64,000 nucleotides of DNA from Antedon mediterranea (Eukaryota > Animalia > Echinodermata): the NCBI RefSeq assembly GCF_964355755.1, contig NC_092671.1, forward strand, positions 15,996,001-16,060,000, in the 5' to 3' direction. A program made the translations under genes and the position numbers. Position 1 is the stretch's first letter. Each line of letters begins with the position of its first letter. Below, piece after piece: positions 51,632 through 64,000 of the stretch. The notes under the pieces are model-generated. The model was not told the origin of the DNA and ran no database searches. It was given only the letters and a program-made list of their open reading frames with translations.

Positions 51632-52934
51632 GTAAGTTATCTTATTTATTTTTTCGTATTTATGTTTTGAAAATTAGATTACGCCATGTAAACGTTTTGC
51701 TTCCGGAGCAGCAGCAGGGCAGCCTTCGTGTTTTTGTATTGCCTGTTGACTCTCTGTGTGTGTGTGTGTGTGTGTGCAGCATCAGCACAGGATTTATAGT
51801 ATCCTTTATTGCATGCAACAGGGATTTTATTGAAAATGTAACATTGACTGAATTATATAAGTACTAGCTAGTTTTACTTCACCTTGCATATGTTTTGTTT
51901 AAAATGTTTTAATTATTAATAATTAGAGAGAGAGAGAACAGAATTCCTCATTGTTTGGCATGCTTTAAATTAAAGTTTAATAAAAAAAGATGATGCAGGA
52001 TGCGCAGAGGGAAGTGGGATGTGGGGGGGTGGTGGTGGTGTGTAGGAGGAGGAGGGATCTAGAGGGAAAGACTTGGATGCAGTAGTATACAAATAATGAA
52101 TGTGTTTATGAGTGCGATAGTACAAATAATTTCATTCAGTGAAAGATTAATTTTCTATTTTTCCATTCAGGCCTGCCAAAATTAGCGATAATTGGTCCAT
52201 GAAGCTGTACTATAATAATTTTACTCAAAAATAATAAATTAATTTATAAAATGAGTTTGAATAAAATACCTGAGATATCCAATTAAATGAAGATAGTAAA
52301 AAAAAATTGGACAAACTGTTTTCACTGAAAAGTGTAAACAATACTGAATACCATTGACTGAACTGAAAATAGGAGATTTTTTAGCCCTTCCCTTGATATA
52401 TTATTGTTTTATTTATGTTTCAATGTTTACTTTATATTTTATATGGGTAAATAAAAGAAAGAAAAGAAAGAAAATGATTAATATTCATATAAATATTATA
52501 AATGCTGAGTAAGAAGTATTGAGTGTTTGTTTTTCATTGAGTGTTTGGTTACAGTGACACCAAGTGTTAAAACCTGTCAAATTAATTCACGCAGAATTTC
52601 CTGTCGTTTTAACCAAATCAGTTCACACGGCTTTTAACAATTTTATACAATTCACCACTTTTCCTGTAGAATAATGCAATTTTTTTTTAAACTTTTAGAA
52701 ACAATAATTTTTTTTTTTTCCAATTTTATTAATAATAAATTGTTCTTTTGTTTTTGTTTTTTTAATGCAATTGCAACTATTTATTTTATTTGGAAAAAGC
52801 AAGTGTCTGCAAAGAGTAAAACCTGTTTTTTTCTAGGCTCCTGGATACCTACTGTATAATACAATGGATAAGATAATTTTGGCCAATTCAAATCTTTTTT
52901 TTATATATTTTGTAAATTAATTATCATTCTAAAT

Positions 52935-53869
52935 TTAACACTTTGACTAAATATTTTAGCTTTACAATGGTACCAAGAACGATTTTTAAATCGCAATATG
53001 TAAATCGTAATAGTAAAATGAAAGTAACCCACTTTTTGAATTTTTCGTAGTTTCGCGCAAGAAAGTCGAGATATTCGCGATTTTGTGCACGACATCACAA
53101 TATGAAAATATCGCCCGGTGAGATCAACAAACAACGAAAAAGTTACTTACACGGCACCGATAGGCCTATAAAAACAAGTTATCACTATCGATAAATGTAT
53201 TACATTTTATAAATCATAAATCTTACATCAATGTTTCGCCAAAATCCACATAGTAAAGACACCAGGCCTAGTTAACCAGGCCTAAAGTTGGTCCGGAACC
53301 GTTTTACGACTAGGGCTAGGCTAGCCTAGTACTACTAGCCTAGCTAGGCCTAGGAGATAGTAAACTAATGATAATAACCATACCATTTCAAAACAAGTTT
53401 GTTGCGTGAAACTCGGTCACTTTCAGTAAAACACCAAAACAATTAGGGTATACATACAATAATAAAATTCAAGACTTCATATTGAAAATGACTCCATTAT
53501 TTTTTATTCAGATAACAAACAAACATGTCAATCCACAAAAACTTTTGTAATCCTTCGGCGGCATAGCTAGCGCGCGACCAATACACAATGCGCCAAGCCA
53601 TCGCTCTACGCGCTACTGTGATGCGTGGTGTTTGTTATTTCGACAGGTACCATTTTGACAGTCGTTCGTAACCAGATTAGTTACTTTCAACTTGTAAAAT
53701 ATTGACGGTCCAGACCGAATATAGTGTTCATATTTATAGTATATACCAATAATTAACCTATCTACCGGATTTCGTAAAAAAACGCGAAAAACGAAGATCT
53801 TCGTTTTTGGCAGTCAAGCGTTGTGTTTCCAAAAACGAAGATCTTCGTGTTTGGCAGTCAAAGTGTTAA
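52935..53869. mobile_element. Non-autonomous piggyBac-like element
   Basis: TTAA-CACTTTGACT ... AGTCAAAGTG-TTAA termini (TTAA TSD); duplicated subterminal AAAAACGAAGATCTTCGTnTTTGGCAGTCAA at the right end. Confidence 0.75.
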
Positions 53870-54015
53870 GCATCTGAGTAGAATGTGATTCTACTTCAAT
53901 TTACATTGTTTGACTTTGTACAGCAAAACTAAATTTACATCTTTATTTTGTAAAAATACTATTTGAAATGATTTATATTTTGTTCTTTTTCAATCATTGT
54001 AGGCTATAAAACAGA

Positions 54016-57000
54016 ATGTCCTTGGTTGATCTAGGCAAACGGTTGTTGGAAGCATCTAAACATGGCAGAGAAGAGGATGTCCGATTATTAATGACCAATG
54101 GTGCACCATTTACTACAGATTGGGTAAGTCACAGGTTCTATTATTATCTATATTTTTTTTAATACTAAAATAACTATCAAGATAAATAGTAATATAGTAT
54201 TTGTATACCTGCAATAACTTTCCTCCAGTCCAACTATGTATAATTACCTTTTCTTCACTTACCATGCAAATATTAACATATTACTGTCTATAGGATAATT
54301 AGTAATTATACAGTATTTGTATACCTACCGTATCATTCCTCTAACTATTGTATAAATTTACTTTTTCTTCACAAACCATGCAAATAATGTATTAATTACT
54401 GTCCCATTTCACAGCATAAATTTATTTAACTGTTATTTTCAGCTTGGGACATCTCCTTTGCATCTAGCAGCACAACATGGTCACTTATCAACAGCTGAAG
54501 TGTTGCTAAGAGCAGGGGTCAGCAGAGATGCCAGAACTAAAGTGGACAGGACACCCTTACACATGGCAGCTCAAGAAGGCCATAAGGATATTGTCAACTT
54601 ACTTGTAAAATTAGGCGCTGATTTAGATGCTAAAGATATGGTAAGTTTATATTGCAGTGTTTTCTTTCCAAGACTGGTTAGTAAAATGTTATTATTAAAT
54701 AAAATATATAAATTGTATTTATTTTATAGTTCTATATTATATTGATTTGTTTAATAGTTTGATGGTTTTTGTGTGTATATATTATATATTGTTACTTTTT
54801 TTGGGGAAATACAGTGCTTTCAGCTTATTGCTGGTTTTTGTATTTTTATATTACCAAATGAACAAATAAATATTGAGGTTGTCCAAAATTGTTTTAAATC
54901 TCATTGTACCCAAGATACCAATATTAGTCTTTTTTACCCAAGATGCCATGATATGACTTTGAACTTTTCTACCATTTATGATTTGGATATCTACCAAGAT
55001 GTCAGTTAAAGTTTATTGACAAATGTGCTGCCTAAATTATTTATTGCCCTCTTGCTCTCATACTACCCACATTGCATTGGAGGTTTGCCCATAAAATTTG
55101 GAACATAGTGTTATGGAGCATAATCCAGTTAGCTATCCAGTACATTGGCTTTCTTCAATAAAAGGCAACACGAAATTGTGGATAAAATACAATAAACAAT
55201 CTACAAAAAGTAATCCTATTAAATATAGATTTACTATTTGCTATTTTAATTTTAAATAGAATATTACTGTATCAAGTTATTCAATCAAATTTTGTTGAGT
55301 CTTCATGTACTATATACTGTTTTTTTTTTTATTGATATTTTATATAACTGTTGGTATAGCATTAAACTGTATAGACCTGTAACCTGTATTATGTCCTCTG
55401 GGAAATAAAAACTTGCAATGTGGCTTATTAGAAAGTAAATTGTAACGCAGCCAAGATTTGTAGACTTTTCCTAAGTAGATATAATGAATGATGAGTTTGC
55501 CTATCTGTCTAGAATGACATGTGGCCCACATTGTTATTGGTTAGACTTGAAGACTGCATTGCTAAATTGTATCTGAATCATTATCTTTGATTTAGTTATT
55601 TTCACATTACTATAAATTGAAAGTAGAAAAAGTGAACTATTAATATTTGGCTTTCTTCTGTATGATTTTGTTATAAAATATTTTGATTAAAAAAAAGGAA
55701 TTGAATAAAACTAGCTTTTTTTAAAACTTCCCAGCTTGTAAGACTTGTAGGAATAAATTGGTATTAGTATAAAAATTGTATAAGGAAATATTAAAAAACA
55801 ATAAACATTTTCAGTTTAGTAGTACTAACTAAAGTAGGTTAGGCCTATTGCTGCAATTAAAAATAAGAGAAATCTTGCATTGTTAAACCTAACTTTATTG
55901 TCCCGAATTGATTTCTAAATTGGGAAAAAATTACATATTCATCCTGGCAATTTAATAGCTGTGTGTGGAACATAAAATGATAATAAAAAGCTCTATCTAC
56001 ACTCTCAAACTAGTTTGGCAAAAAAAATGTAATGAGCTTAAATATGGTAGTGATGCCCTAATATGGTAGTGATATGACATCATCGTTTCCATATATGGGC
56101 GCATCACTTACATTTTTTGTCACATAAAGTTGGATAGTGTGCATGGAAAATAAAATAATACTGTTAATTGTAAGATCAATGATTCTTTAACATGATGAAT
56201 ATATTTATTTTAAATTAAATGGTATTATTTAGTATGGTATTAGATTAAATAGAAAAAAAATATATTCTAAAATTGTAACAACTAAGGTAAAAAGATTCTA
56301 GCAATTATAAAAAAAACCTGTAAATTTCAAATAATCTATAGTCAATATGAGTCATGATCGATCAGCACAAAGCAACAACCATATGATCATTTTAGTTTTA
56401 TAACCTTCGCTGACTTACCCCTACCAAACCAAATGCATTTCCTCTGCCGTCAGTCATTAGCGTCAGGTGCAACCTCTTGCAAAATCTACTGTCTTTTCAA
56501 ACAGCCAATCTATCGAGCAACTTTTAAAATGTTTGCGACTGTTATTTGTCCCGACAACGAGCATTTGACTCCTCTTTTCCTGCTCTGACAGTTTACTCTC
56601 AGCTTTTTCGAAATTAAAATGCAATTTTCTGCTTTATTTATTTTAACAGGTCTTGAATTGACAGGAAGTGGTGTTTAGCCATTTCTTATAAAGTGCTTTA
56701 AGTTTAAGCATGGACCTAATTTATAGGTCCATGGTTTAAGTAACAGATAATTGATGAACAACAGACAAGATGTATTTTTAAGTGGGGCGATAATATTGAT
56801 TTATAAAATTGTTGTACTGTATAGTAATACCCTCTATGCTACGTTTTGCCTCCCAATAATTTACAGTATTCTTAATGCATTTTTTTGGACAATTTCTTAT
56901 AACTTTTTATTTATCGATTAATTCTTATTTTGTACAGATTTAGTTCACATAATGTTATAATATGCCATGTATATATCATTTTGATACTTTGCAATAATAA

Positions 57001-60000
57001 TCCACTGGGAACATGTACATTTCCTCAAGTCACAGAAACACAAGTTACAATTTGCAAATTCCCTGCTACTGTAAGTTGTCCATACTAGGTTAAAGTGTAT
57101 GGAGTATCCACAAAAAAAAATAAAAAATAAAAATTCCCTATTATAAAACACTACTTTAGAAATGAAAGAATAAATATATTTTTATTATTATATAATCAAT
57201 AAATATAATTTGATTTTTATCTCTTGAAATATTAAAATAAGTATATTTATGAGGTCTGTTTAAACCCCTTTGCAATACCAACATTGAACTGTAGAATTAC
57301 AGTACAACAACTGAAGTCAATGGAATTGATAATAATTTTATTTTATTTGATTCATTAATGTTGACATGTGCCATTATCTTTGATTTAGTTTTGATCTGGC
57401 ATTTTCTAGGTCACCATAGTCCAGTAGTACCACGTGATTCCTGTCAGCTGTGTCCATCATGCAACTTGATAGCCAGTCCGTTATGCATGACTTCACTTCA
57501 CACACACATGGTGTTTACGTGCTCTATCTATTCACCACGTGTTATTCATTTTCTTAGAGACACGTACTTGTTCGTGTAAATACGACATCTGGATTCTTTA
57601 CAAGAAGCATGCCAAACATGTGGATCTTTTCTATCGAATTAAAGAACTTGGTGTCATTTGTAATGTTTGATTTCAGTATTATGTTGAGCAGGATATCTTA
57701 CCAAAGAATCCATCCTATTCGCAGACATTTGGCCACCACTGACCTTTCCATTAGAATGTATTTAAAGCAACTTACTCCATTATAATTAATTATTAGTGAC
57801 AATGACATCAGTGAATTTCTACAATATCTATAGGATATATGTATACAAAATACTGTATCATTATTCAAGATTCAATTCAAATTTGATTGGTCCATGCAGG
57901 GAGATGTAAAATTATAACTGTTTTACATCTCCCTGGTCCAAAATGGAAATTCACTTTGCTTGGCATAATTGGCATAAGATATGCAACAAATTTAAAAAAT
58001 GCTATACAATTGCCAAAATGTGTTTTATAAACACATACAGTATATATTGGCATTACAGGAATAGTTTAAAAGTTTGTTTATATACAGTAATTTCAGAGCA
58101 CCTGAAATGATCCAAAAATGTGTATTATTTCATTGGTACCGTACTATACTGTAGAATGGCTAATTACAATGTACAGTAGTGGTCCTCTGCTTTATGTTCA
58201 CTTCAATCTATGAGTTAGGCTATTTTGAAGATAAATAATTTGCTTGTCATCAGTTTTTTAATAATCTCATCATCGATCAGTTACTATTTCTGGATGGATA
58301 TTCTATCATAAAACACTTGAATGAAAACTTGATAGTTATATATCTTATGTCGTTCGATTGATATTATGTAAATGTGTGATTGTCATCTAACAGGTGGCTT
58401 CACCAGTTTGATAGGAAACTTCATTTAAATTGTAGAAAAAAAAGTCCAAAGTCATGATAGATCCCGGAGATGTTGTACTGTTGTGATTTTTTTCCCTTAA
58501 TTTTACAGTACATTTTTGGGGAATTCAATATCAATCATAGTAATAATAAGAATTTTACTTTTTTTAGTGTTATGTTTTTACAGTAGTGTATATAAAAACT
58601 AAAAATTCTTCAGTTCATTTCAAAAGAGCTCTTTTCAAAAGCATTATCTTTTATATTACGTCTATAGTTTTTAAATTTTATTGTAAATAAATTTGTAAAT
58701 TCAGGGTCAATACTATATCTGAGGTCATGCCTATATTTAATATGCTGGTTGTCTTGCCTTGTGTTGGGTTTAACCATATCCATATTTTATATTCCAATAA
58801 TAATAATATAATTTTTGTAGGAAATAAACAATGATAAGAATTAAGCAGCAATATGATAGCAAGGCTGTAGATATATTTGTGGCTAATTTAAATATCTAAA
58901 ATTCTACAAATTGGAGCATTTCCTTTAGAGATTTGGCGAGATTACAAGAATAAAAAGTATTTAAACTACCCTGGATACAGTCATTGCTATGCTTATGATG
59001 ATAATGATTGATGATCACTATTGTTCTTCACTCCCCAACAAAGAAACAGTTTATAATACCACTAACCCAGCCTCAACATTAGACCCTCATCAACTGTTTA
59101 CACAGTATACACATGATTATAATTATAACCAAAAATATACAAAACATTAATTTTGTGACTCAACCCAGTACGATTTGTCATTCTAATTCTCAAGAATTGT
59201 ATAAGCTTAAAAAAATTGATAAAGTTTTAATTGAATTAAATGTAAGGTCTTTACGTTTGAGTCTGTTAGCACTCCAGCGTGGTATCATTACTACAAAACA
59301 GTGTACGCAGTAAGCGATGTTGTGTTTCTATTTTGAGTCGATGATACTTTACTTCGCATTTGTCCGTCCTGTGAGGAAACATCACGGCCATGTGTGACAA
59401 TTGCATTGTCATGTGTAATTGAAGATCCTCGACCCTGTCTCATATGCCATCAATTACATACTACCTCTATGGAAAAGTACACAGGACTGTCATTCATGCG
59501 CTGCTTTAACTCAGGATTCTCCATAGAAGGAAGTTGGATGCGATAGTCCTTGGGGGCCTATTTGTACCATTACAGTTAGATATTAGAAGCCAATTACAAT
59601 TATAGTTTAGCAACTCGGCATGTGTCCTGGGACATTAAATCCAGGTTTTTTTTTTTATTTCTATAATTTGTCTATGTTTTTACCTATTGATGTTATTAAC
59701 CCTAAAATTGTATTTTTATGTTCGATTAATTTTTCATCCAACATACAGTCTGGATTAATCCTATAAGAGACCGTATTCTTATTCTACAGTATAGCATACT
59801 GTACTATAATGGAATCATCTCAGGTTATATAAAGAATCTATAATAAAATTATTTACAGTAGACACATTTTTTTTTTAATATTGAGAATGAGTAAACATTA
59901 CATTTTTAGATCAAAAAAGAAATAGAAAAATTTTTTTTTGTTGTTAATGTAGAAGTTTACCAAATTTAAGCGTGTTGTAAATCGCACTTCTCAAGGGCAG

Positions 60001-63000
60001 TTTAGGAGTGCGTTAGGTGAGTGATCACACTCGCTCGCCTTAAAAGACAAGGCCTGAAAATCTAGAAGTTTTCTTTAAAACTATGTATATTTACATTAAT
60101 GTGTATGAGCTGTCCCATTTTTCAGATTTAAATTTAGCAACATTAAATGATCCTTTGAATTACTAATATTATCGTATTATTTTTTCCAGCTAAAAATGAC
60201 ACCCCTTCATTGGGCAGTAGAAAGAGGTTTTAAAGATGTCGTCAAATTATTGGTTGAAAATGGTGCAGATTTGACATTACTTAATAAAGTGAGTCTTGAA
60301 TGTTGTATGTTATCAATAATGTTAGCCATTGAAATAAGTTAACCAATATCTAGAGCTTTGTCTACACTATCAAAGAAGTTTGACAAACAAAGTGTGATGT
60401 GCAAAAATATGGTAGTAATATGACCAAATATAGTAGTGATATGACCAAATATGGTAGTGATATGACATCATGTCCATGGGCACATCACATTTTTTTTAGC
60501 ACATAAAGTTTGATAGTGTAGATAGGTTGACAGAGCTTTAAGCACTATAGTAAAAATTTATAGTATAATGGTTATTCAATTCAATTCAATTCAACTTAAC
60601 ATTTATTTCTTCCTTCAAGAAAATGAGGTAAACATAATAAATTCCAGTAAACCAGAAAGGTCCAAATTAATAACAGGGATGTTTCAAACCAAGGACATTG
60701 GGCTTTACCGCTCACCCTTACTGCTTCATAATCTTGACCTCAGTGTCACTTGGAGTAACCTTTTGTATATTAGGCTCTAATAAGGTACAAATAACACAGG
60801 AAATGAAACTTATCTCTGTGACAAACATAATATCCAATTCCATGCCAATATTTTATCCCCAGTAAGTATTAACCTTTTTTTTAGATGACCACAGAATATG
60901 AAAACTGAAAACATAATTAATATATATTATAAAATAATATTAGTAATAATGTTACTTATTCGAATGAAAGTTCATAGGTGCTGGTAAAAATATAACTACT
61001 TGTGTTTTGCTTTATTTTTAGTTTGATAAAACAGCAATGGATATAGCAGTGGATAATGGCAATAGTGAACTATTAGATATCCTGTCACAAGCAGGCGTAA
61101 GTATTAATTCCAAATAAATACATTGATTATCTCATATTATATAACACCTATATAAATTCCTGTCATTTGACTGGACGAATGTGGGTCACATGGCGTGCAA
61201 TAGTACGCACTATTCAACGATCGTTAAATAGTACTTTTTGAAACATTTTTGTTTGTTATTTAGATGTTATATAAAACAAATAATGAATGTTTTGTATTCG
61301 TGTAATGGTACAAATAATGGCACTTGGTGAATGATGAAAGGTTATATCAACTCGGCTTTGCCTCATTGATATAACCTTTCATCATTCACCTCGTGCCATT
61401 ATTTGTACCATTGCACTCATAAACATTCATTATTTGTATATTATGTATATCTATAAAATGAATGATTAGGATTATACCCTCTAGTATGACATGGCAGCAA
61501 TGTCTAATATTATCGGCCTAGTGAGAAAATATCCACTGCTTGTTTTAATAATAAAGGTACATGGTTCACTGTCCCAACCATCTTACACACTCCGTAAAAA
61601 TATTATTATGATTGTGTTTTTCTCATCTTTCAGGCAACTCAAAATGGGAATTGTAGTCCAATGTCGGACAGCCCTAGTAACCAGTTATTTCTTTCCAGTA
61701 GTTCATCATCGCCTCCACCAATCACAGTAGCACCTATTTTCAGCAATTGTAAATGTAAGAAGTTTTGAATATAGTTGTATTCACAAACTATCAAACTAAT
61801 TTGGAAAAAAGTGTGATGTTGGTAGTGATATCCATATATGACAACACAACATTTTGTTGTCACATAAAGTTTGATAGTATAAACAGAGCTTTAAAATTCC
61901 ATGTGAAAAATGTAAACTAGCTTTATTTTAATTGTGAATGAAGATGAGCGTTTAAATTAACTCTTGCCTATTTATAAAAGACAGTTATGAATGTTGTCAA
62001 TATCTATGTAATAACATAAATATTCAGTTAAAACTATTTGTAAAGAGGAAACTACTAATTTCTTTGTATAACAAACTATATAGATATATTTAATGATAAC
62101 AATTATGTTTTTTTATGTACTTAGCAAGCTATTCTAAAAGTTCCACAAGTTCAACATCAGTATTAGCGACATTAGCTGCCCTGGCTGAGGCTTCTGCACC
62201 CTTAGATAAACCAGGTAATTCATATCATTAATTAATCAATTATTCACATTTTAATATGTAAATTTGTATTTTATTCTATTATGTTGCCCAAGCATCAATT
62301 AGAAAGAGGGATTTAGAAATGAGAAATTTCTGTTAATGGCAATAATATTTAGTTTTATTGAATTATTTTTATTATTGAAAAACTTCTACTGGGCCCACAA
62401 TATAAAATAGAGTTACTATTCATAATGCATGCAATTTTTTAAATAAATTATTGTTTTTAGCCGAATACAAAATGAAGTTTGAATAGGCTGTTTTACATTT
62501 TAATTGTATGAAAGATAAATAAGACAATTTTGGGTCAGTCAATTATCAATAATTATTAAGTTACCGAACCAAAAATTTAAATGAAGGCGTCACCTCTGTA
62601 ACTCCTAGTAAGACAGCATTAACCAGTATTTACTGTGAGATTACCTACTGAATTGTTATTGTTTATTTCAGTTAGTCCTAGCGATGCGTTAGCCTGGCTG
62701 GAAGCAAATGCTGTAGATGGTAGCCATGGATTTTCAATCACAGAGGCAGGGAGGCTGGCTTTAAACCTGGCTAAGGCTAATGACCACACTCAGCAAAATA
62801 ACCTTCTAAATTCTTCAATGCAGCATGTTCAAGTATGTTTCTCCATTAACTTACTTTACAAAAACGGGTTCCGTTAATAACTCACTGTAAATACAGTACA
62901 GATAATGTTATATTCATTTTTTCTAGTCATCTATTATCATTATATTTTAATATATAATGTGTATTGATAAATATAATGTATTGAAACACATTTATTGTAC

Positions 63001-63781
63001 ACAAAAATGTGGTAAAAAATGTTGTTGAATTTCTAATATATCACATATTACTTTTTAGTTGCTTGGAAACAACCCACAAAAGGTGATAACGATTGTGACA
63101 GACCCAACCAGCGAGTTAACAGCTGCAGATTTGTCATCCATCAAAGCTGCGGCAACAGGGGTCGGTACTAGCCCTGTACTACTTGCCCTACCAGCGGAAA
63201 CACCTTCAGCAAGTATTAAGCTTATAACACAAGATGTACAGGTAAATTAATTACGATTAGTATATTTATTTATGAATAATAAATCAGTTGTTGCTACCCA
63301 CAAACAAAAATTGATATCGAAATAAAAATGACATGTTGTTAATGACTTATAATTGATTGAATAATTAAGTATACAAATTAACTCGGGTAAAACTGGACAC
63401 ATTTGAGCTTTATCAGAATTGTTTGCTTTTCAGAATCCCATTTTGAATAGTTTGAAAGAATTTGAGATATAACCAGTTTTCTTGAAGCTGTTAAGCAGCC
63501 CTGTCTACACTATCAAACTAATTTTTTTTTAAAGTTTGATGTGCCCAAATATAGTAGTGATATGACATCATTGTGTCTATTATATGGGCACATGCACATA
63601 AAGTTTGATAGTGTAGACAAAGCCGTAGAGGCTTGATTTGATTGTATTTTCTTATTTTGTCCATGTTTAGACAAAGGCTGACCGAGCTATGATAGAAGCG
63701 GTACAAAAACAAGCGGAACAACTCAAACAACAGATTCAACACAATCAAATTGTTATTGAAAAAGCTAATGAAGCAACTTGA
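54016..63781 (+). CDS. GABPB1: GA-binding protein subunit beta, ~381 aa (ankyrin repeats, C-terminal coiled coil)
   Basis: 9 exons: 54016-54123, 54443-54640, 60190-60288, 61022-61096, 61634-61754, 62125-62214, 62672-62832, 63059-63241, 63671-63781. [13 protein letters not shown]...[19 protein letters not shown]...[30 protein letters not shown] and [16 protein letters not shown] match vertebrate GABPB1/2. Confidence 0.93.
56702..56740. mobile_element. 25-bp CATG..CATG palindrome with perfect 7-bp TSD (P-like footprint or mini-element)
   Basis: GTTTAAG|CATGGACCTA-ATTTA-TAGGTCCATG|GTTTAAG. Confidence 0.6.
61107..61443. mobile_element. Non-autonomous element with long terminal hairpin
   Basis: ~70-bp imperfect inverted arms around CTCGGCTTTGCCTCA (61270-61443); the 5' part ATAAATTCCTGTCATTTGA(C/T)TGGACGA also occurs at ~39455-39500. 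Confidence 0.65.
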
Positions 63782-64000
63782 CCTTGATGGTGAACTTTTA
63801 CAAACGTTAAGGTTGTATTCTAAAAGAAACATTTCATTGACCGTTTTGAGATTGACAATCCAGTTTTATACAAGAGTGTGCCAAAGTTTTGTACAAATTT
63901 ACTTTCAAGATGTTCACAATTGGTCACCTGGATTTCTGATGGCATAGTGTTAAGCTCTGTCCACACTATCCAGCTAGTTTGACAAAAAAAAGTGTGATGT

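Noticed and set aside
51799-51807. U12-type donor GTATCCTTT in GABPB intron 1
   Set aside because: No TCCTTAAC-like branch point before the downstream acceptor near 54002-54014.

Overview
AT-rich, intron-rich animal genomic DNA. The DeuSINE/Nin-type SINE and the gene similarities suggest an invertebrate deuterostome, possibly an echinoderm (inference). Four spliced genes were reconstructed by hand with consistent GT-AG phases. (1) A 30-exon secreted cysteine-rich mosaic protein (+, 3679-23729, ~994 aa) with 15 antistasin-like, 4 EGF, 4 unassigned 8-Cys and 1 TIL modules. (2) A CPT1-like carnitine palmitoyltransferase (+, 26072-32288). (3) USP8 (-, 35040-49575). (4) GABP beta (+, 54016-63781), head-to-head with USP8 across a short ETS-motif promoter. 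Non-coding DNA holds a truncated L1/Tx1 LINE with TSD, a tRNA-derived Deu/Nin SINE, Penelope-like fragments with minimal hammerhead ribozymes, Helitron/Helentron-like pieces, many MITEs and a 50-bp satellite filling one intron. The most notable observations are an 8x tandem array of a CPT1 splice donor in which only the first copy is productive, three hammerhead motifs, tiny CA..TG palindromes with 7-bp TSDs resembling P-element excision footprints, and the multi-headed inhibitor-like protein. Most ORFs in the supplied track are spurious or exon fragments.
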